From positions 96,001 through 160,000 of the forward strand of contig CBDUPA010000007.1 of assembly GCA_965368975.1 (NCBI GenBank): DNA of 64,000 nt, read 5' to 3'. The notes under the pieces are model-generated. The model saw only the letters and a list, made by a program, of their open reading frames with translations, was not told the origin of the DNA and made no database searches. The DNA comes from an uncultured bacterium (lineage in GTDB: Bacteria > Acidobacteriota > Thermoanaerobaculia > Multivoradales > JAHZIX01). The translations under genes and the position numbers were made by a program. Positions within the stretch are counted from its first letter, which is position 1, and every line of letters begins with the position of its first letter. Of this stretch, positions 35,251-45,084 are shown piece by piece.

Positions 35251-36438
35251 ATGGGAACTCGTTTCCTTGCAGTATCCTTGTGCCTTGCGCTGGCTTTCGC
35301 CGGCAGTGTCTGTCAAGCAGCAGACTGGACGGATCGACTCACGATCAACGGTTTTGGTGACTGGAGCTACGGGCAGATGTCCGGAGAAAACAGCTTCGTC
35401 AGTGCAACACCCGAGGGGGCGTGGGACTTCGTTGACTTCTCACTCAGCCTGAGAGCCTCGCTGAGCGAGACGGTCAGCGCTGCCGTTCAGCTGAACTGGA
35501 ACACCTCCGAGCAGCTGTTGGGTGAAGAAGAGGAAGAGGACACAGTGGGATTGGAACTGGCGTTTGTCGCTTGGGATGTGACGCCGAACACCACGCTCCG
35601 ATTTGGCCGTGCCCGGATGCCGTTCGGGAATTACTCTGAGTACTTGCACGCGGGCGTCGTGCGGCCCTTTGTCTACCTGCCGCAGTCGATCTATGGTGCT
35701 TCACAGCTGGTGTCACAGTCTTTCGACGGCCTGGGCTTGACGGGTGGTGTCGAGTTCGAGAGTGGCTGGAGTCTTGGCTACGATGCGTTTGCCGGTGAAA
35801 TCGACTTTCCGCGACTCGAGCCACACGAGTGTCTAGAGGAGGCCGAGGAAGGCGAGATCATCGATGGCTGTGGGGAAGAGGCGGAGTTGGGAGACACAGT
35901 AGGTGGTCGACTGCTACTGAGCACTCCTGGAGGCCTCCGCTTTGGCGGCAGCTTCTATACCGGAGATCAGGCGAGCCTGGACGCAGACGATGACGAGTCT
36001 CAGCGTCTGGATGTGTTTGGCGTTCAGGCTGACTACGAGAGTAACCACTTCCAGGTTCGTGCCGAGTGGGCCCGCACCGAGAACGACGGAGAGAACGAGG
36101 TCGTCAACGCCGGGTACCTGGAGGTGGTCTACCGTTTGACGGAGCAGTGGCAGCTCGCGGTGCGCTACGACATGCTGGAGCAGACCCTCGACGACGAGGA
36201 AGAGGACGAACTCGCTGAGGTCTTCGAGGACTACCAGACCTTGCTCGAGCACGACGAGCTGGCTTTCGGGATCAACTACTGGGTCAATCCAAATTTCGTT
36301 CTGAAGGCGTCGTTCCACCGTATCGAGGGGAACCACCTCTCGCTGCCCGAGGACTTCCTGGAAGACGCCACAGAAGGCGAACTGGAGTTGGAGACCGAGA
36401 GCGACATGTTCCTGCTCGGGGCGAGTTTCACCTTCTGA
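35251..36438 (+). CDS. Outer-membrane beta-barrel / porin-like protein, very acidic
   Basis: Signal peptide, alternating beta strands, GRARMPFG, C-terminal Phe (ASFTF). Confidence 0.75.
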   Translation: MGTRFLAVSLCLALAFAGSVCQAADWTDRLTINGFGDWSYGQMSGENSFVSATPEGAWDFVDFSLSLRASLSETVSAAVQLNWNTSEQLLGEEEEEDTVGLELAFVAWDVTPNTTLRFGRARMPFGNYSEYLHAGVVRPFVYLPQSIYGASQLVSQSFDGLGLTGGVEFESGWSLGYDAFAGEIDFPRLEPHECLEEAEEGEIIDGCGEEAELGDTVGGRLLLSTPGGLRFGGSFYTGDQASLDADDDESQRLDVFGVQADYESNHFQVRAEWARTENDGENEVVNAGYLEVVYRLTEQWQLAVRYDMLEQTLDDEEEDELAEVFEDYQTLLEHDELAFGINYWVNPNFVLKASFHRIEGNHLSLPEDFLEDATEGELELETESDMFLLGASFTF

Positions 36439-36613
36439 GGAGCCGCTCGGCTCATTCTGCCCTTAGTTGTGAACGCTTCGGTGGACCTTCTTGTGTTCCA
36501 GTGATTGCGCCGCTGTTTGTTGCATCAGCAAGGCTTTGGCGTGAGAATTGATAGGTATCTTCCTGATACGGGTGGGACTGTCCCCAGCCCGTATGTGAAA
36601 CAAGGAGAATGCC

Positions 36614-36760
36614 ATGAAGAAGCGCCCCAAGACCGAGAAGAAGCCTTTCTTCGCTCGCTTCCTGGAAGCAGAGCAGTTGGACAAGGCCACCGGCGGTCGC
36701 CCGCCGTTCGTCACTCTGAAGTGGCCCTCTGACGATGACGAAGGCGGTGTGGAGATCTAG
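36614..36760 (+). CDS. Microviridin/marinostatin-type graspetide precursor 1
   Basis: Manual translation MKKRPKTEKKPFFARFLEAEQLDKATGG-RPPFVTLKWPSDDDEGGVEI; RBS AAGGAG. Confidence 0.9.
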   Translation: MKKRPKTEKKPFFARFLEAEQLDKATGGRPPFVTLKWPSDDDEGGVEI

Positions 36761-37003
36761 GCACCGCTAGGAGTCATGGTGCGCCGAGTTGCTAGACCAC
36801 GATTTGGCTTTAGAGCGCGGTGCGCCATGATCCCCTTGTGACTGGGTGGGTTGACTTCACTTGTTAATGCCAGTTGAGCCGGATGCGTACAAGGAGTATG
36901 AGGACGAAAAGCAAAGCGACCAGCCACTGAGAATCAGCCGCTAGTCGTCCAGGCAGCCTCAGAAACGCTCTTCTAATTATCAGGTTCAAAAGGAGTTAAG
37001 GCC

Positions 37004-37156
37004 ATGAAGAAGAAGTTTTCGGCAAAGAGTCAGCAAGAAACCAAGCAGCAGCCCTTCTTCGCCCGTTTCTTGGAGAATCAGGAACTGGCCGAGAGCAGTG
37101 GTGGCAACTGGCATACCACCAAGTACCCGTCTGACAACGATGAGTGGTGGCCGTGA
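37004..37156 (+). CDS. Microviridin-type precursor 2
   Basis: MKKKFSAKSQQETKQQPFFARFLENQELAESSGG-NWHTTKYPSDNDEWWP; RBS AAGGAG. Confidence 0.92.
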   Translation: MKKKFSAKSQQETKQQPFFARFLENQELAESSGGNWHTTKYPSDNDEWWP

Positions 37157-37287
37157 TGAAGAAGAAGGTACAGCCTGAGAAGAAGCCCTTCTTCAGCCGC
37201 TTTCTCGAGCAGCAAGAGCTGGCGCAGAGTACCGGCGGCAAGCCGGATCAGACGATGAAGTACCCGTCTGACAACGACGAGTGGTGA
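37156..37287 (+). CDS. Microviridin-type precursor 3
   Basis: MKKKVQPEKKPFFSRFLEQQELAQSTGG-KPDQTMKYPSDNDEW; TGATG-coupled to precursor 2. Confidence 0.92.
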   Translation: MKKKVQPEKKPFFSRFLEQQELAQSTGGKPDQTMKYPSDNDEW

Positions 37288-37378
37288 TGGCTGAGCTGAG
37301 TTGAAGCCTCCCCTGGGCGCCGCCGTGAGGATCATGGCGGCGTTCGTCGTTTGAAGGCCCGTTATTCCGGGAGATCCG

Positions 37379-38359
37379 ATGTCTGCCGCCCCGGCTATCC
37401 TGCTGATTACACACAGCCGCGATGTCTTCACCATCGACCGGGTCGTGGATGCCCTGAGCGCGTCTGGTGCTCGGCCGCTACGCCTGGACACCGACCGCTT
37501 TCCCGAGCAGGTGGGATTGTCCTATCTGGACGGTACCGCCTACCTCGATCTCGGTGGGGTGCGCGTCGACGGCAGTGAGATCCGTGCGGTATGGACGCGC
37601 AGCTACTGGCCGCCGGCCGGGTCTGAGCAGTGGGAACCGGCCTATCGTGAGGCTAGCCTGCACGCTACCCGCTTGGCACTGGACGGCGTGCTCGACAGTC
37701 TCGGCGGTGGTGCCGAGCCGGCGGTCTGGATCAGTCCACGGCCGGCCGTCGATCGTGCCCACAACAAGCTGGTGCAGTTCCGCGCAGCCACCGCCTGCGG
37801 GCTGGCGCAGCCACCGACCCTGGTGACCAACGAACCGGACGCCGTACGCCGCTTCTTCGATGCGTGTGAGGGCGACGTGGTGACCAAGATGTTGGTGCCG
37901 CTCTCCATGTCGATGGATCGTTCGGGTGCCTTCATGCCCACGAGCGACCTCGGGCGCTGCGACCTGGAGCACCTGGACAGCTTACGCCTGTGCCCGATGA
38001 TCTTTCAGCGCAAGGTGCCCAAAGAGGTTGAGCTGAGGGTGGCCTATGTCGACGGCGAGTGTTTCACCGGCGCCATTCGGGTGCCCGAGCGCACTGACTG
38101 GCGCACCTCCGAGGCCGTGGAAGCTCGCTGGGAGTTCCATCAACTCGCCTCCGATATCCGCGACGGTCTGCGCCGTTTGATGCAGCGCCTGGGGCTGACC
38201 TACGGCGCCCTGGACCTGATCGTCACACCAGAAGGCGAGCACGTCTTTCTCGAAGTCAACCCTCTCGGCGAGTGGGGCATGCTGGAGCGAGACTTGGAGT
38301 TGCCGATCTCCGCCGCCATTTCCCGTGCGCTACTGACCGCCGCGCAAGCGGCCGGCTAG
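37379..38359 (+). CDS. Graspetide ATP-grasp ligase, MvdC/MdnB-like (macrolactam-forming)
   Basis: LLITHSRDVFTIDRV, RLDTDRFP, NKLVQ, CPMIFQ, FLEVNPLGEWGMLE. Confidence 0.88.
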   Translation: MSAAPAILLITHSRDVFTIDRVVDALSASGARPLRLDTDRFPEQVGLSYLDGTAYLDLGGVRVDGSEIRAVWTRSYWPPAGSEQWEPAYREASLHATRLALDGVLDSLGGGAEPAVWISPRPAVDRAHNKLVQFRAATACGLAQPPTLVTNEPDAVRRFFDACEGDVVTKMLVPLSMSMDRSGAFMPTSDLGRCDLEHLDSLRLCPMIFQRKVPKEVELRVAYVDGECFTGAIRVPERTDWRTSEAVEARWEFHQLASDIRDGLRRLMQRLGLTYGALDLIVTPEGEHVFLEVNPLGEWGMLERDLELPISAAISRALLTAAQAAG

Positions 38360-38370
38360 AGGTACAAGCC

Positions 38371-39378
38371 ATGAGTATTCTGATCCTCACCTATAGCGAA
38401 GACCACGAAGGTCTCGATGTTCTGAGCAGCCGCCTCCAAAATCTGGGGCAGGAGGTCGTGCGGCTGAATACCGACGAATTCCCCACCTCCGTGCGTCTCA
38501 GCGTCGGCTACGGCGATGAGGCCGACACGCTGCGCTTGGTGCCAGCAGAGGGAGGCGAGCCCGCCGATCTGCGCAAAGTGACGGCGATCTGGAATCGTCG
38601 CTATTTCACCGGCCGGCAGATCCCCGACGATCTCGATCCACAGCTGCGGGAGCCGTCGGTCGAAGAGAGTCGTCGCACGGTGACGGGGTTCGTGGCGGCA
38701 CTGGAAGCCGAGGGAGTGTTTGCGCTCGACCCACTGCGCGCCGCCGGGCATGCGCGCCAGAAACCCTTGCAACTGGCGCTGGCCCGCGAGCTCGGCCTCG
38801 AGCTGCCGCGCACCTTGATCAGCAACGACCCGGACGAGGCACGTGCCTTTGCCGGTCGCTGCAAGCAAGGAGTGGTCACCAAGATGATGACGTCCTTTGC
38901 GGTCTACGATGGTGATGGGCGCGAGAACGTGGTGTTCACCAATGCGCTCGGCGCCGAGGATCTGGCCGCACTCGACGACGGTCTCGACCTGTGTCCGATG
39001 ACCTTCCAGGAGGCGATCCCCAAGAAGTTGGAGATCCGCACCACGATTATCGGACACGAGGTGTTCTCCGGTGCCATCGACTCGCAGTCCAGTGATCGGG
39101 CGCAGCATGACTGGCGTCGTGATGGTGCCGGCATGATCGAGCAGTGGCGGCCCTACGAGTTGCCAGCGGATGTGGCCGACAAGTTGCTGCGTCTGCACGA
39201 TCGCCTGGGGTTGAATTACGGTGCCTCGGATCTGATCCTGACTCCGGACGGCCGTCATGTCTTCCTGGAGGTGAACCCGGTGGGGGAGTTCTACTGGTTG
39301 GAGCGTCACGCCGGTCTGCCGCTGATGCGAGCCCTGGCGGATGTGTTGGTCAAGCCGGAGAAGCGGCGGCTTCCCTGA
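38371..39378 (+). CDS. Graspetide ATP-grasp ligase, MvdD/MdnC-like (macrolactone-forming)
   Basis: KPLQLALARELGL, VTKMMTSFAVY, ENVVFT, CPMTFQEAIPKKLE, DWRR, FLEVNPVGEF. Confidence 0.88.
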   Translation: MSILILTYSEDHEGLDVLSSRLQNLGQEVVRLNTDEFPTSVRLSVGYGDEADTLRLVPAEGGEPADLRKVTAIWNRRYFTGRQIPDDLDPQLREPSVEESRRTVTGFVAALEAEGVFALDPLRAAGHARQKPLQLALARELGLELPRTLISNDPDEARAFAGRCKQGVVTKMMTSFAVYDGDGRENVVFTNALGAEDLAALDDGLDLCPMTFQEAIPKKLEIRTTIIGHEVFSGAIDSQSSDRAQHDWRRDGAGMIEQWRPYELPADVADKLLRLHDRLGLNYGASDLILTPDGRHVFLEVNPVGEFYWLERHAGLPLMRALADVLVKPEKRRLP

Positions 39379-39456
39379 TCCAGCTCCTGCTCTGTTGTCG
39401 GAGCAGTGAGAGCCTGGGGATGCTAGTCAGAGTCGTGCCAAGTAGAGCGGTGCCAG

Positions 39457-40656
39457 TCAGGGCGGTGCGCAACGTGGCAGCATCACGCTGAACGTGCTGC
39501 CACGGCCACGCTCAGACTCGCACCACACGCGTCCACCGCAGCGTCGGACCATGGTGCGTACGTAGGTCAGGCCGACGCCTTCCCCCTCGACGCTTTGTCG
39601 CCCCAGTCGACGGAACATCTCGAACGCCCGCTCGACCTGCTCTGCCGACATGCCTCGGCCGTTGTCGTGCACCCGGAAGATGAATGCCTCGTCGCCGAGC
39701 TCCGCTCGGATGTGGATCTCTCCGGGCCGGCTCGCCGATAGGTAGTTGACAGCGTTGCTCAGCAGGTTGGCGAAGATCAACTCCAGCGCCGTGCGATCAC
39801 CCACGATGGTCGGCAGCTCGTCGAGCGTCACACTGCAGCCGCGCTGTTCGATCTGGTGATGCAGGGTGTCCAGCAGGTCGAGGACCAGCCTGTTCATGTC
39901 GATTGGCTCCAGCGCCAGCTCGGCGCGCCCCAAGCGGGCCAGGCGTAGTAGTGCCGAGGTCAGCTGCGCCATGCGGTGGGTGGCGGAGCGGATGAAACCA
40001 ACGGCGTCGGGGACGTCTTCGTGCAGCGCGGTCAGCACTTCGTGACGCAGACCATCCCGCAGCTGCGGCAACAGTGATTCTGTCGCCCCGGCTACCAGCG
40101 CCAGGGCTTCTTCCAACTCGCTGACGAAGCCCTGGAGGTTGACCAGCGGTGCTCGCAGATCGTGGGACACGACGTGGGCGAAGCGGCGCAGCTCTTCGTT
40201 GGCCCGTTCCAACTCTTCGGTGCGCTCCAGGACACGTTGTTCGAGGGACGTGCGGGCCTCCTGTAGGTCGGACGCGGTCTGCTTGAGCAGGGTGATGTCC
40301 TGCAGGTTGGCAATGATGTAGCTCGGCCGACCCTCGGCGTCGCGGACCAGGGTCAGGCAGAGTAGTCCCCAGAGCACGCTGCCGTCTTTGCGAATGTAGC
40401 GGCGCTCCTCTTCCAGATAGGGGATATCGCCGTTGAGCAACTCGTGGTGGTGTTCGACCGTCGCGGCCAGGTCTTCCGGGTGATTGACCGCGGTGAATTC
40501 CAGTTGTAGCAGTTCCTGACGGGAGTACCCGAGCATGCGACACAGAGCCGGGTTGACCTCGCGCAAGGAGCCGTCAGCACCCAGCAGGGCAATGCCGGTC
40601 AGTGAATGTTCGAAGGTACTGCGGTAGACGTCTGGGGGACGGTGGTCTCGGCTCAT
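39457..40656 (-). CDS. Cytoplasmic PAS sensor histidine kinase
   Basis: PAS (HPEDL, RKDG), H-box SHDLRAPL, NLLSNA, DNGRG, GVGL. Confidence 0.92.
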   Translation of the reverse strand: MSRDHRPPDVYRSTFEHSLTGIALLGADGSLREVNPALCRMLGYSRQELLQLEFTAVNHPEDLAATVEHHHELLNGDIPYLEEERRYIRKDGSVLWGLLCLTLVRDAEGRPSYIIANLQDITLLKQTASDLQEARTSLEQRVLERTEELERANEELRRFAHVVSHDLRAPLVNLQGFVSELEEALALVAGATESLLPQLRDGLRHEVLTALHEDVPDAVGFIRSATHRMAQLTSALLRLARLGRAELALEPIDMNRLVLDLLDTLHHQIEQRGCSVTLDELPTIVGDRTALELIFANLLSNAVNYLSASRPGEIHIRAELGDEAFIFRVHDNGRGMSAEQVERAFEMFRRLGRQSVEGEGVGLTYVRTMVRRCGGRVWCESERGRGSTFSVMLPRCAPP

Positions 40657-40859
40657 GCTCGCTTGGTGAGAGACAGGGTTCGAATCTGCGCTCAGCTGGG
40701 GAGGGCCGAGGGTCCAAGGCAGGACGCTGGTTCGGAGAAGAAGCATTCTCTTCGAGATCTATTATGCACCAAGAGGCTTCGGCAAGCACTCTTGATCTTG
40801 AGGTGCCGTCGACATTCTTGTTTCGTTTGCTGAAAGGAGGGCAGCCGATCCGGCGCGGC

Positions 40860-42167
40860 TCACGTCCCCAGCGTTCCGTCGAGACGAGATGTCTCGTTCC
40901 GGCTCGGCAACACGACGCGGAAGGTGCTGCCGCGGCCTGGCTCGGAACGGCACTCGATCCGGCCGCCGCAGCGACCCACGATGGTGCGTACAAAGGCCAA
41001 CCCCACGCCTTCGCCCTCGGCGCAATCGGGGGCGACTCGCCGGAACATCTCGAAGGCGCGGTCAATCTGCTCCTTGGTCATTCCACGGCCATTGTCACGG
41101 ACGTAGAAGGACACCTCGGCCTCACCAGGCTCGCCCCAGATCTCGATTTCGCCCGGCCGTTGCGGGTCCAGGTAGTTGATCGCATTGCTCAACAGGTTGG
41201 CGAAAATCAGCTCGATGGCTGTGCGGTCAGCCACGATGTCGGGCAAGTCGCCGGTGGTCGCATGCGCCGTGTGCTGCTCGAGTTGGTGGCTCAGCGAGTG
41301 CAAGAGATTCTGGACGAGAAGACGGGTGTCGATACGTTCCGGACACAGCTCGGCGTGTCCGAGGCGCGCCCAGCGGAGCAAGGCCGAGGTCAGCTTTCCC
41401 ATGCGATGGGTGGCGGAGCGGATGAAGCCGAGAGCGTCCGGTACCTCTTCGTGCAGGACGGCGCTGAGCTGCTGTCCGCGTTCCGCCGGTAGTTGCTGCA
41501 AGAGATCCGCGACGCCGGAAGTGATAGTGGTGATGGCCTCTTCCAGTTCACAGACGAACCCTTCGAGGTTGACCAGCGGCGCCCTCAGATCGTGGGAGAT
41601 GATGTGGGCGAAGCGTCGTAGCTCCGCATTGGCCTGTTCCAGTTCCACTGTCCGAGCGTGCACCCGCTGCTCCAGGGTGTCGTGTGCGCGCTGCAGTTCT
41701 TCTGCCGCTTGCCGCCCTTCGGTGATGTCGAGGACGGTACCCTGGATCGCGTGGTGGCCATCGAAGTTGATGTGGCCGCTCTGGATCATCAGCCAACGGG
41801 TCTCGCCGCTGCGGGTACGGATGCGGAACTCGTAGCGTCGCTGAGCGTCTTGTCGATCCGCGAGTTTGCGGCGCAACTGGTCGAGCATGAACTCCTGGTC
41901 CAAGGGATTGACCAGCGTCTGAACCAGACCCGGCATGCCCATCGAGAACAACTCTTCGCGCGAATAGCCGGTGGTTTCGGCGATCTGCTCGTTGACGTAG
42001 ATCACCTCTTTGGCGTCGAGAATCATGACGCCCTGCAGACTCTGTTCCGCCAGCGCCTGAAACATCGCCTGATCGTTGCGATGAAGCAGCGTGGACCGAG
42101 TTGGAGCCACGCGTTTCCGCGTGGTCGAGGTCACGGCAGCGAACGCTTCGGGAGTTGTGTGTTTCAT
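40860..42167 (-). CDS. Cytoplasmic PAS sensor histidine kinase (tandem paralog)
   Basis: PAS domain, SHDLRAPL, NLLSNA, DNGRG; kinase half closely matches its neighbour. Confidence 0.92.
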   Translation of the reverse strand: MKHTTPEAFAAVTSTTRKRVAPTRSTLLHRNDQAMFQALAEQSLQGVMILDAKEVIYVNEQIAETTGYSREELFSMGMPGLVQTLVNPLDQEFMLDQLRRKLADRQDAQRRYEFRIRTRSGETRWLMIQSGHINFDGHHAIQGTVLDITEGRQAAEELQRAHDTLEQRVHARTVELEQANAELRRFAHIISHDLRAPLVNLEGFVCELEEAITTITSGVADLLQQLPAERGQQLSAVLHEEVPDALGFIRSATHRMGKLTSALLRWARLGHAELCPERIDTRLLVQNLLHSLSHQLEQHTAHATTGDLPDIVADRTAIELIFANLLSNAINYLDPQRPGEIEIWGEPGEAEVSFYVRDNGRGMTKEQIDRAFEMFRRVAPDCAEGEGVGLAFVRTIVGRCGGRIECRSEPGRGSTFRVVLPSRNETSRLDGTLGT

Positions 42168-42185
42168 CCCAATGGGTCCAACTCA

Positions 42186-42244
42186 ACGGCTTGGTAACAC
42201 GGCTTGGTAACTGAGAGATCTTGAGTCGTTACATTGAGTGTAAC
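42186..42244. promoter_or_regulatory. 13-bp direct repeat ACGGCTTGGTAAC x2 plus palindrome GTTACA-N5-TGTAAC upstream of the kinase
   Basis: Seen at 42186-42211 and 42228-42244. Confidence 0.4.
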
Positions 42245-42370
42245 AACATTGATCCTCTCTGTCCGCATTCCGTCGGACGGTCTAGAAGGATGAGAGTCCT
42301 GCAGCTGTGTCTAGCGTGGTGAGGAAGCAGGGCTGCCGGCGGGGAGATCGATGCCGGCAGGGAGGTGGGT

Positions 42371-42446
42371 TGGTGGGCCGTGAGGGGCTCGAACCCCCGA
42401 CCTACTGGTTAAAAGCCAGCAGCTCTACCAACTGAGCTAACGGCCC
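42371..42446 (-). tRNA. tRNA-Lys(UUU)
   Basis: GGGCCGTTAGCTCAGTTGGTAGAGCTGCTGGCTTTTAACCAGTAGGTCGGGGGTTCGAGCCCCTCACGGCCCACCA; cloverleaf, TTT anticodon, encoded CCA. Confidence 0.97.
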
Positions 42447-42604
42447 ACCGCAGTGTAACGCATCGGCCCCATCGGATTCCAGGGGGACAACGCCTCGATC
42501 TCGTCGCTGCTGTGTAGATGTCTGCTGGGACTCCAGAGTTTGGTAGCTCTGCTAGACTTTGGGGCCTCGATCACAGACGCACTCAACCATGAGGAGTTCC
42601 ACCG

Positions 42605-43612
42605 ATGTCCATACTCGCCGGATGTATCTTCGGCTTCCTGGCCTGGTTCTTGGTCCGCTACCTGATCTTCGGTTTCTTTACCGTCGACCAGAATGAGCGC
42701 GCAGTCAAGACGGTGTTTGGGCGTGCACAGCGTTTGACGCCGGGGCTGCTGCAGGCGGGCTCGCCGGGCGACGACCTCGACGACGACGAGCGCGAGCGCT
42801 ACAACTTCCCGCAGCTGCGTGTCTACGAGCCGGGGGGGCCGTATTTCAAGATGCCATGGGAGCGGATCTACAAGGTGTCGATCGCCACCGAGACGGTGAG
42901 CATGGCCTACGACCCCGAGAGCGCGACGGCGAACTCCGGCGGCACCATCCTCGAAGCGGTGACCAAGGATCAGCTCAACACCGGCTTGACGGGGCAGATT
43001 CGCTACCGTGTCTCCGAGCGCAACCTCTACGCTTACCTCTTCGGCGTCAAGAACCCGCTGGCGCACGTCATGGGCTACTTCATCTCGGTGCTGCGCGAGC
43101 GCATCGCGACCTTCGAGGCACCGAATCCGATTCCACTGATTCCCGAGGGGCAAGACGGCTTACCGGCGGCGGTGGAGGAGACCATGGTCGAAGGGATCTC
43201 GATCAACGACCTGCGCAAGAACCTACGCGACATCAATGAACACATGCAGCGGGAGTGCAAGACCTCCGAGGCGCGCTACGGCATCATGCTCGATGCATCG
43301 CTGATCACCGGTATCGATCCACCGGAAGATGTGGATTCGGCGCTGGCGGCGATCAACACGGCGCACAATCACGTGTCGTCCGAGGTCAGCTTGGCGCGGG
43401 CCAAGGCCGACCAGCGTTTGGTGCAGTCCAAGCGCGCGGTGGAGATCGAAACGCACAATGCGCACGCCGAGGTCGAGCCGCTCAACGCGCTGGCGGCGCA
43501 GTTGACCGAGCTGAAGAACAGCGGAGGCGGGGCGCTCGCCGCGTACCTGCGCAACGTGCGGCTGGGGCTCTTCGAGCGCGCCCAGCGGGTGTTCCTGGAG
43601 GCGCGGTCATGA
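42605..43612 (+). CDS. SPFH/band-7 domain protein
   Basis: N-terminal TM, TVDQNERAVKTVFG, PGGPYFKMPW, AVTKDQ, coiled tail. Confidence 0.85.
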   Translation: MSILAGCIFGFLAWFLVRYLIFGFFTVDQNERAVKTVFGRAQRLTPGLLQAGSPGDDLDDDERERYNFPQLRVYEPGGPYFKMPWERIYKVSIATETVSMAYDPESATANSGGTILEAVTKDQLNTGLTGQIRYRVSERNLYAYLFGVKNPLAHVMGYFISVLRERIATFEAPNPIPLIPEGQDGLPAAVEETMVEGISINDLRKNLRDINEHMQRECKTSEARYGIMLDASLITGIDPPEDVDSALAAINTAHNHVSSEVSLARAKADQRLVQSKRAVEIETHNAHAEVEPLNALAAQLTELKNSGGGALAAYLRNVRLGLFERAQRVFLEARS

Positions 43613-44511
43613 ACTTCGTCATCGCAGCGGTCGTCACGTTCTTCGCCAGTTTCATCCTGGTGCCGCTCTTCTTGCTCCTGGTGCGCATGTTCGGCGTCTA
43701 CGCCATCGTGCAGGAGCGCAGGTGTCTCGTCTACGTGCTGTTCGGCAAAGTCGTGCTGGTGCTCAACGAGCCCGGTCTGCACCTGCTGTGGCTCAAGATG
43801 GGCCCCAAGGCCTTGTTCGTGCGCTGGTTCGGTCAGTGCTACACGCTCGACATGCGGCTCGACCAGGTGTACTTGCGCAGCCAGCCGGTCAATTCCGAAG
43901 AAGGCGCGCCGATGGGCATCGGCATGTGGTACGAGATGTACATCAGCGATCCGGTGGCCTTCCTGTTCAAGAACACCGACCCGCGCGGCTCGCTGGCCGC
44001 CAACGTCAGCAACGCGACAGTGCGCTGCTTGAGCAACATGGAACTCGACACCATGCTCACCAGTCGTCACGGTATGAGCCGGTCGGTGCGCCAGGAGGTG
44101 TCGCCGATGTCGCACGAGTGGGGGTACAAGCTCGGCTCGGTGTACATCCGCAAGGTGCATTTCCGTGATCGCGACATGATCCGGCAGATCGAGGAGAAGG
44201 TGGTCAACCGCTTGCGCCAGGTGACCTCGGCGATCTTGCAGGACGGCGAGAACCAGGTCAACGTGATCACCAGTACCGCCGAGCGCAAGGCGGCGATCGA
44301 GTTCGCCAAAGCGGCGGCGTTGCGGCCCAAGATCGTCGGCGCGGCGTTGCAGAAGATTGCGCAGGATCCGGAGGTGGAGGCGGCGATGTTCGAGGTTCTG
44401 GAGCTGCAACGACTGGTCGAGGGCGAGAAGTCGCTGACGCTGGTGCCACGGGGGGCCGGTGACGGGGGCAGTGGTGTGTTGACCGAACTGTTAGCGGCGA
44501 AGGAGGGGTGA
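43609..44511 (+). CDS. SPFH/band-7 domain protein (second subunit)
   Basis: ATGA overlap with the upstream gene; TM, LFGKV..EPGLH, coiled tail. Confidence 0.82.
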   Translation: MNFVIAAVVTFFASFILVPLFLLLVRMFGVYAIVQERRCLVYVLFGKVVLVLNEPGLHLLWLKMGPKALFVRWFGQCYTLDMRLDQVYLRSQPVNSEEGAPMGIGMWYEMYISDPVAFLFKNTDPRGSLAANVSNATVRCLSNMELDTMLTSRHGMSRSVRQEVSPMSHEWGYKLGSVYIRKVHFRDRDMIRQIEEKVVNRLRQVTSAILQDGENQVNVITSTAERKAAIEFAKAAALRPKIVGAALQKIAQDPEVEAAMFEVLELQRLVEGEKSLTLVPRGAGDGGSGVLTELLAAKEG

Positions 44512-44555
44512 TGGGCTTTCGAAGCAGCGCATGGATGCCGTATCCTTGCGGCGTT

Positions 44556-45071
44556 ATGAACATCCAATGCTCGCGACCCTTGAAAAGCCTTCTCGTCCTC
44601 CTCGCTGTCACCACGCTCGGCGGGCTCACCGCCTGCGGTGGCGGCGAAGTAGCCCCCGGCGAACGCCAGCGCGCGCCGGCCTTCGAACTGCCCAGCCTCG
44701 ACGGCGACAGCGTCAGCTTGCAAGGGCTGTCCGGCCAGGTCGTGCTGATCGACTTCTGGGCTACCTGGTGTGTGCCGTGCCACAAGCAGCAGGAGATCAT
44801 GGAGCCGCTGTACCCTGAGTTCAAGGACCGCGGCGTCGAGTTCTTGTCCATCGACGTCGAAGAATCCGAGGACGCGGTACGCGCTTTCGTCGAGCAGCAC
44901 CCGTTCCCGAACCCGGTGCTGCTGGACGAGAACGGCGAAGTGCAAGCGGACTTCGACGTCTTCGGCCTGCCGACGCTGGTGCTGGTCGACCAGCAGGGGC
45001 GCATTGCCTTTCAGCGTACCTCTGTGACCGATGAGGCGACTCTACGCCGCCTCATCGAGCAAGAGCTGTAA
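44556..45071 (+). CDS. TlpA/ResA-like thioredoxin lipoprotein
   Basis: LTAC lipobox, APAFEL, DFWATWCVPC, GLPTLVLVD. Confidence 0.9.
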   Translation: MNIQCSRPLKSLLVLLAVTTLGGLTACGGGEVAPGERQRAPAFELPSLDGDSVSLQGLSGQVVLIDFWATWCVPCHKQQEIMEPLYPEFKDRGVEFLSIDVEESEDAVRAFVEQHPFPNPVLLDENGEVQADFDVFGLPTLVLVDQQGRIAFQRTSVTDEATLRRLIEQEL

Positions 45072-45084
45072 GAGGCAGCAGCGC

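Noticed and set aside
42371-42446. tRNA-Lys as the attachment site of an integrated element
   Set aside because: I saw no duplicated tRNA 3' end, and the only recombinase is 28 kb away with its own candidate sites
43255-43608. Long N-terminal extensions in the ORF track (also 27062-27337, 45796-46353, 47260-47451)
   Set aside because: They overlap neighbouring genes; downstream ATGs with RBS or stop-start coupling fit better
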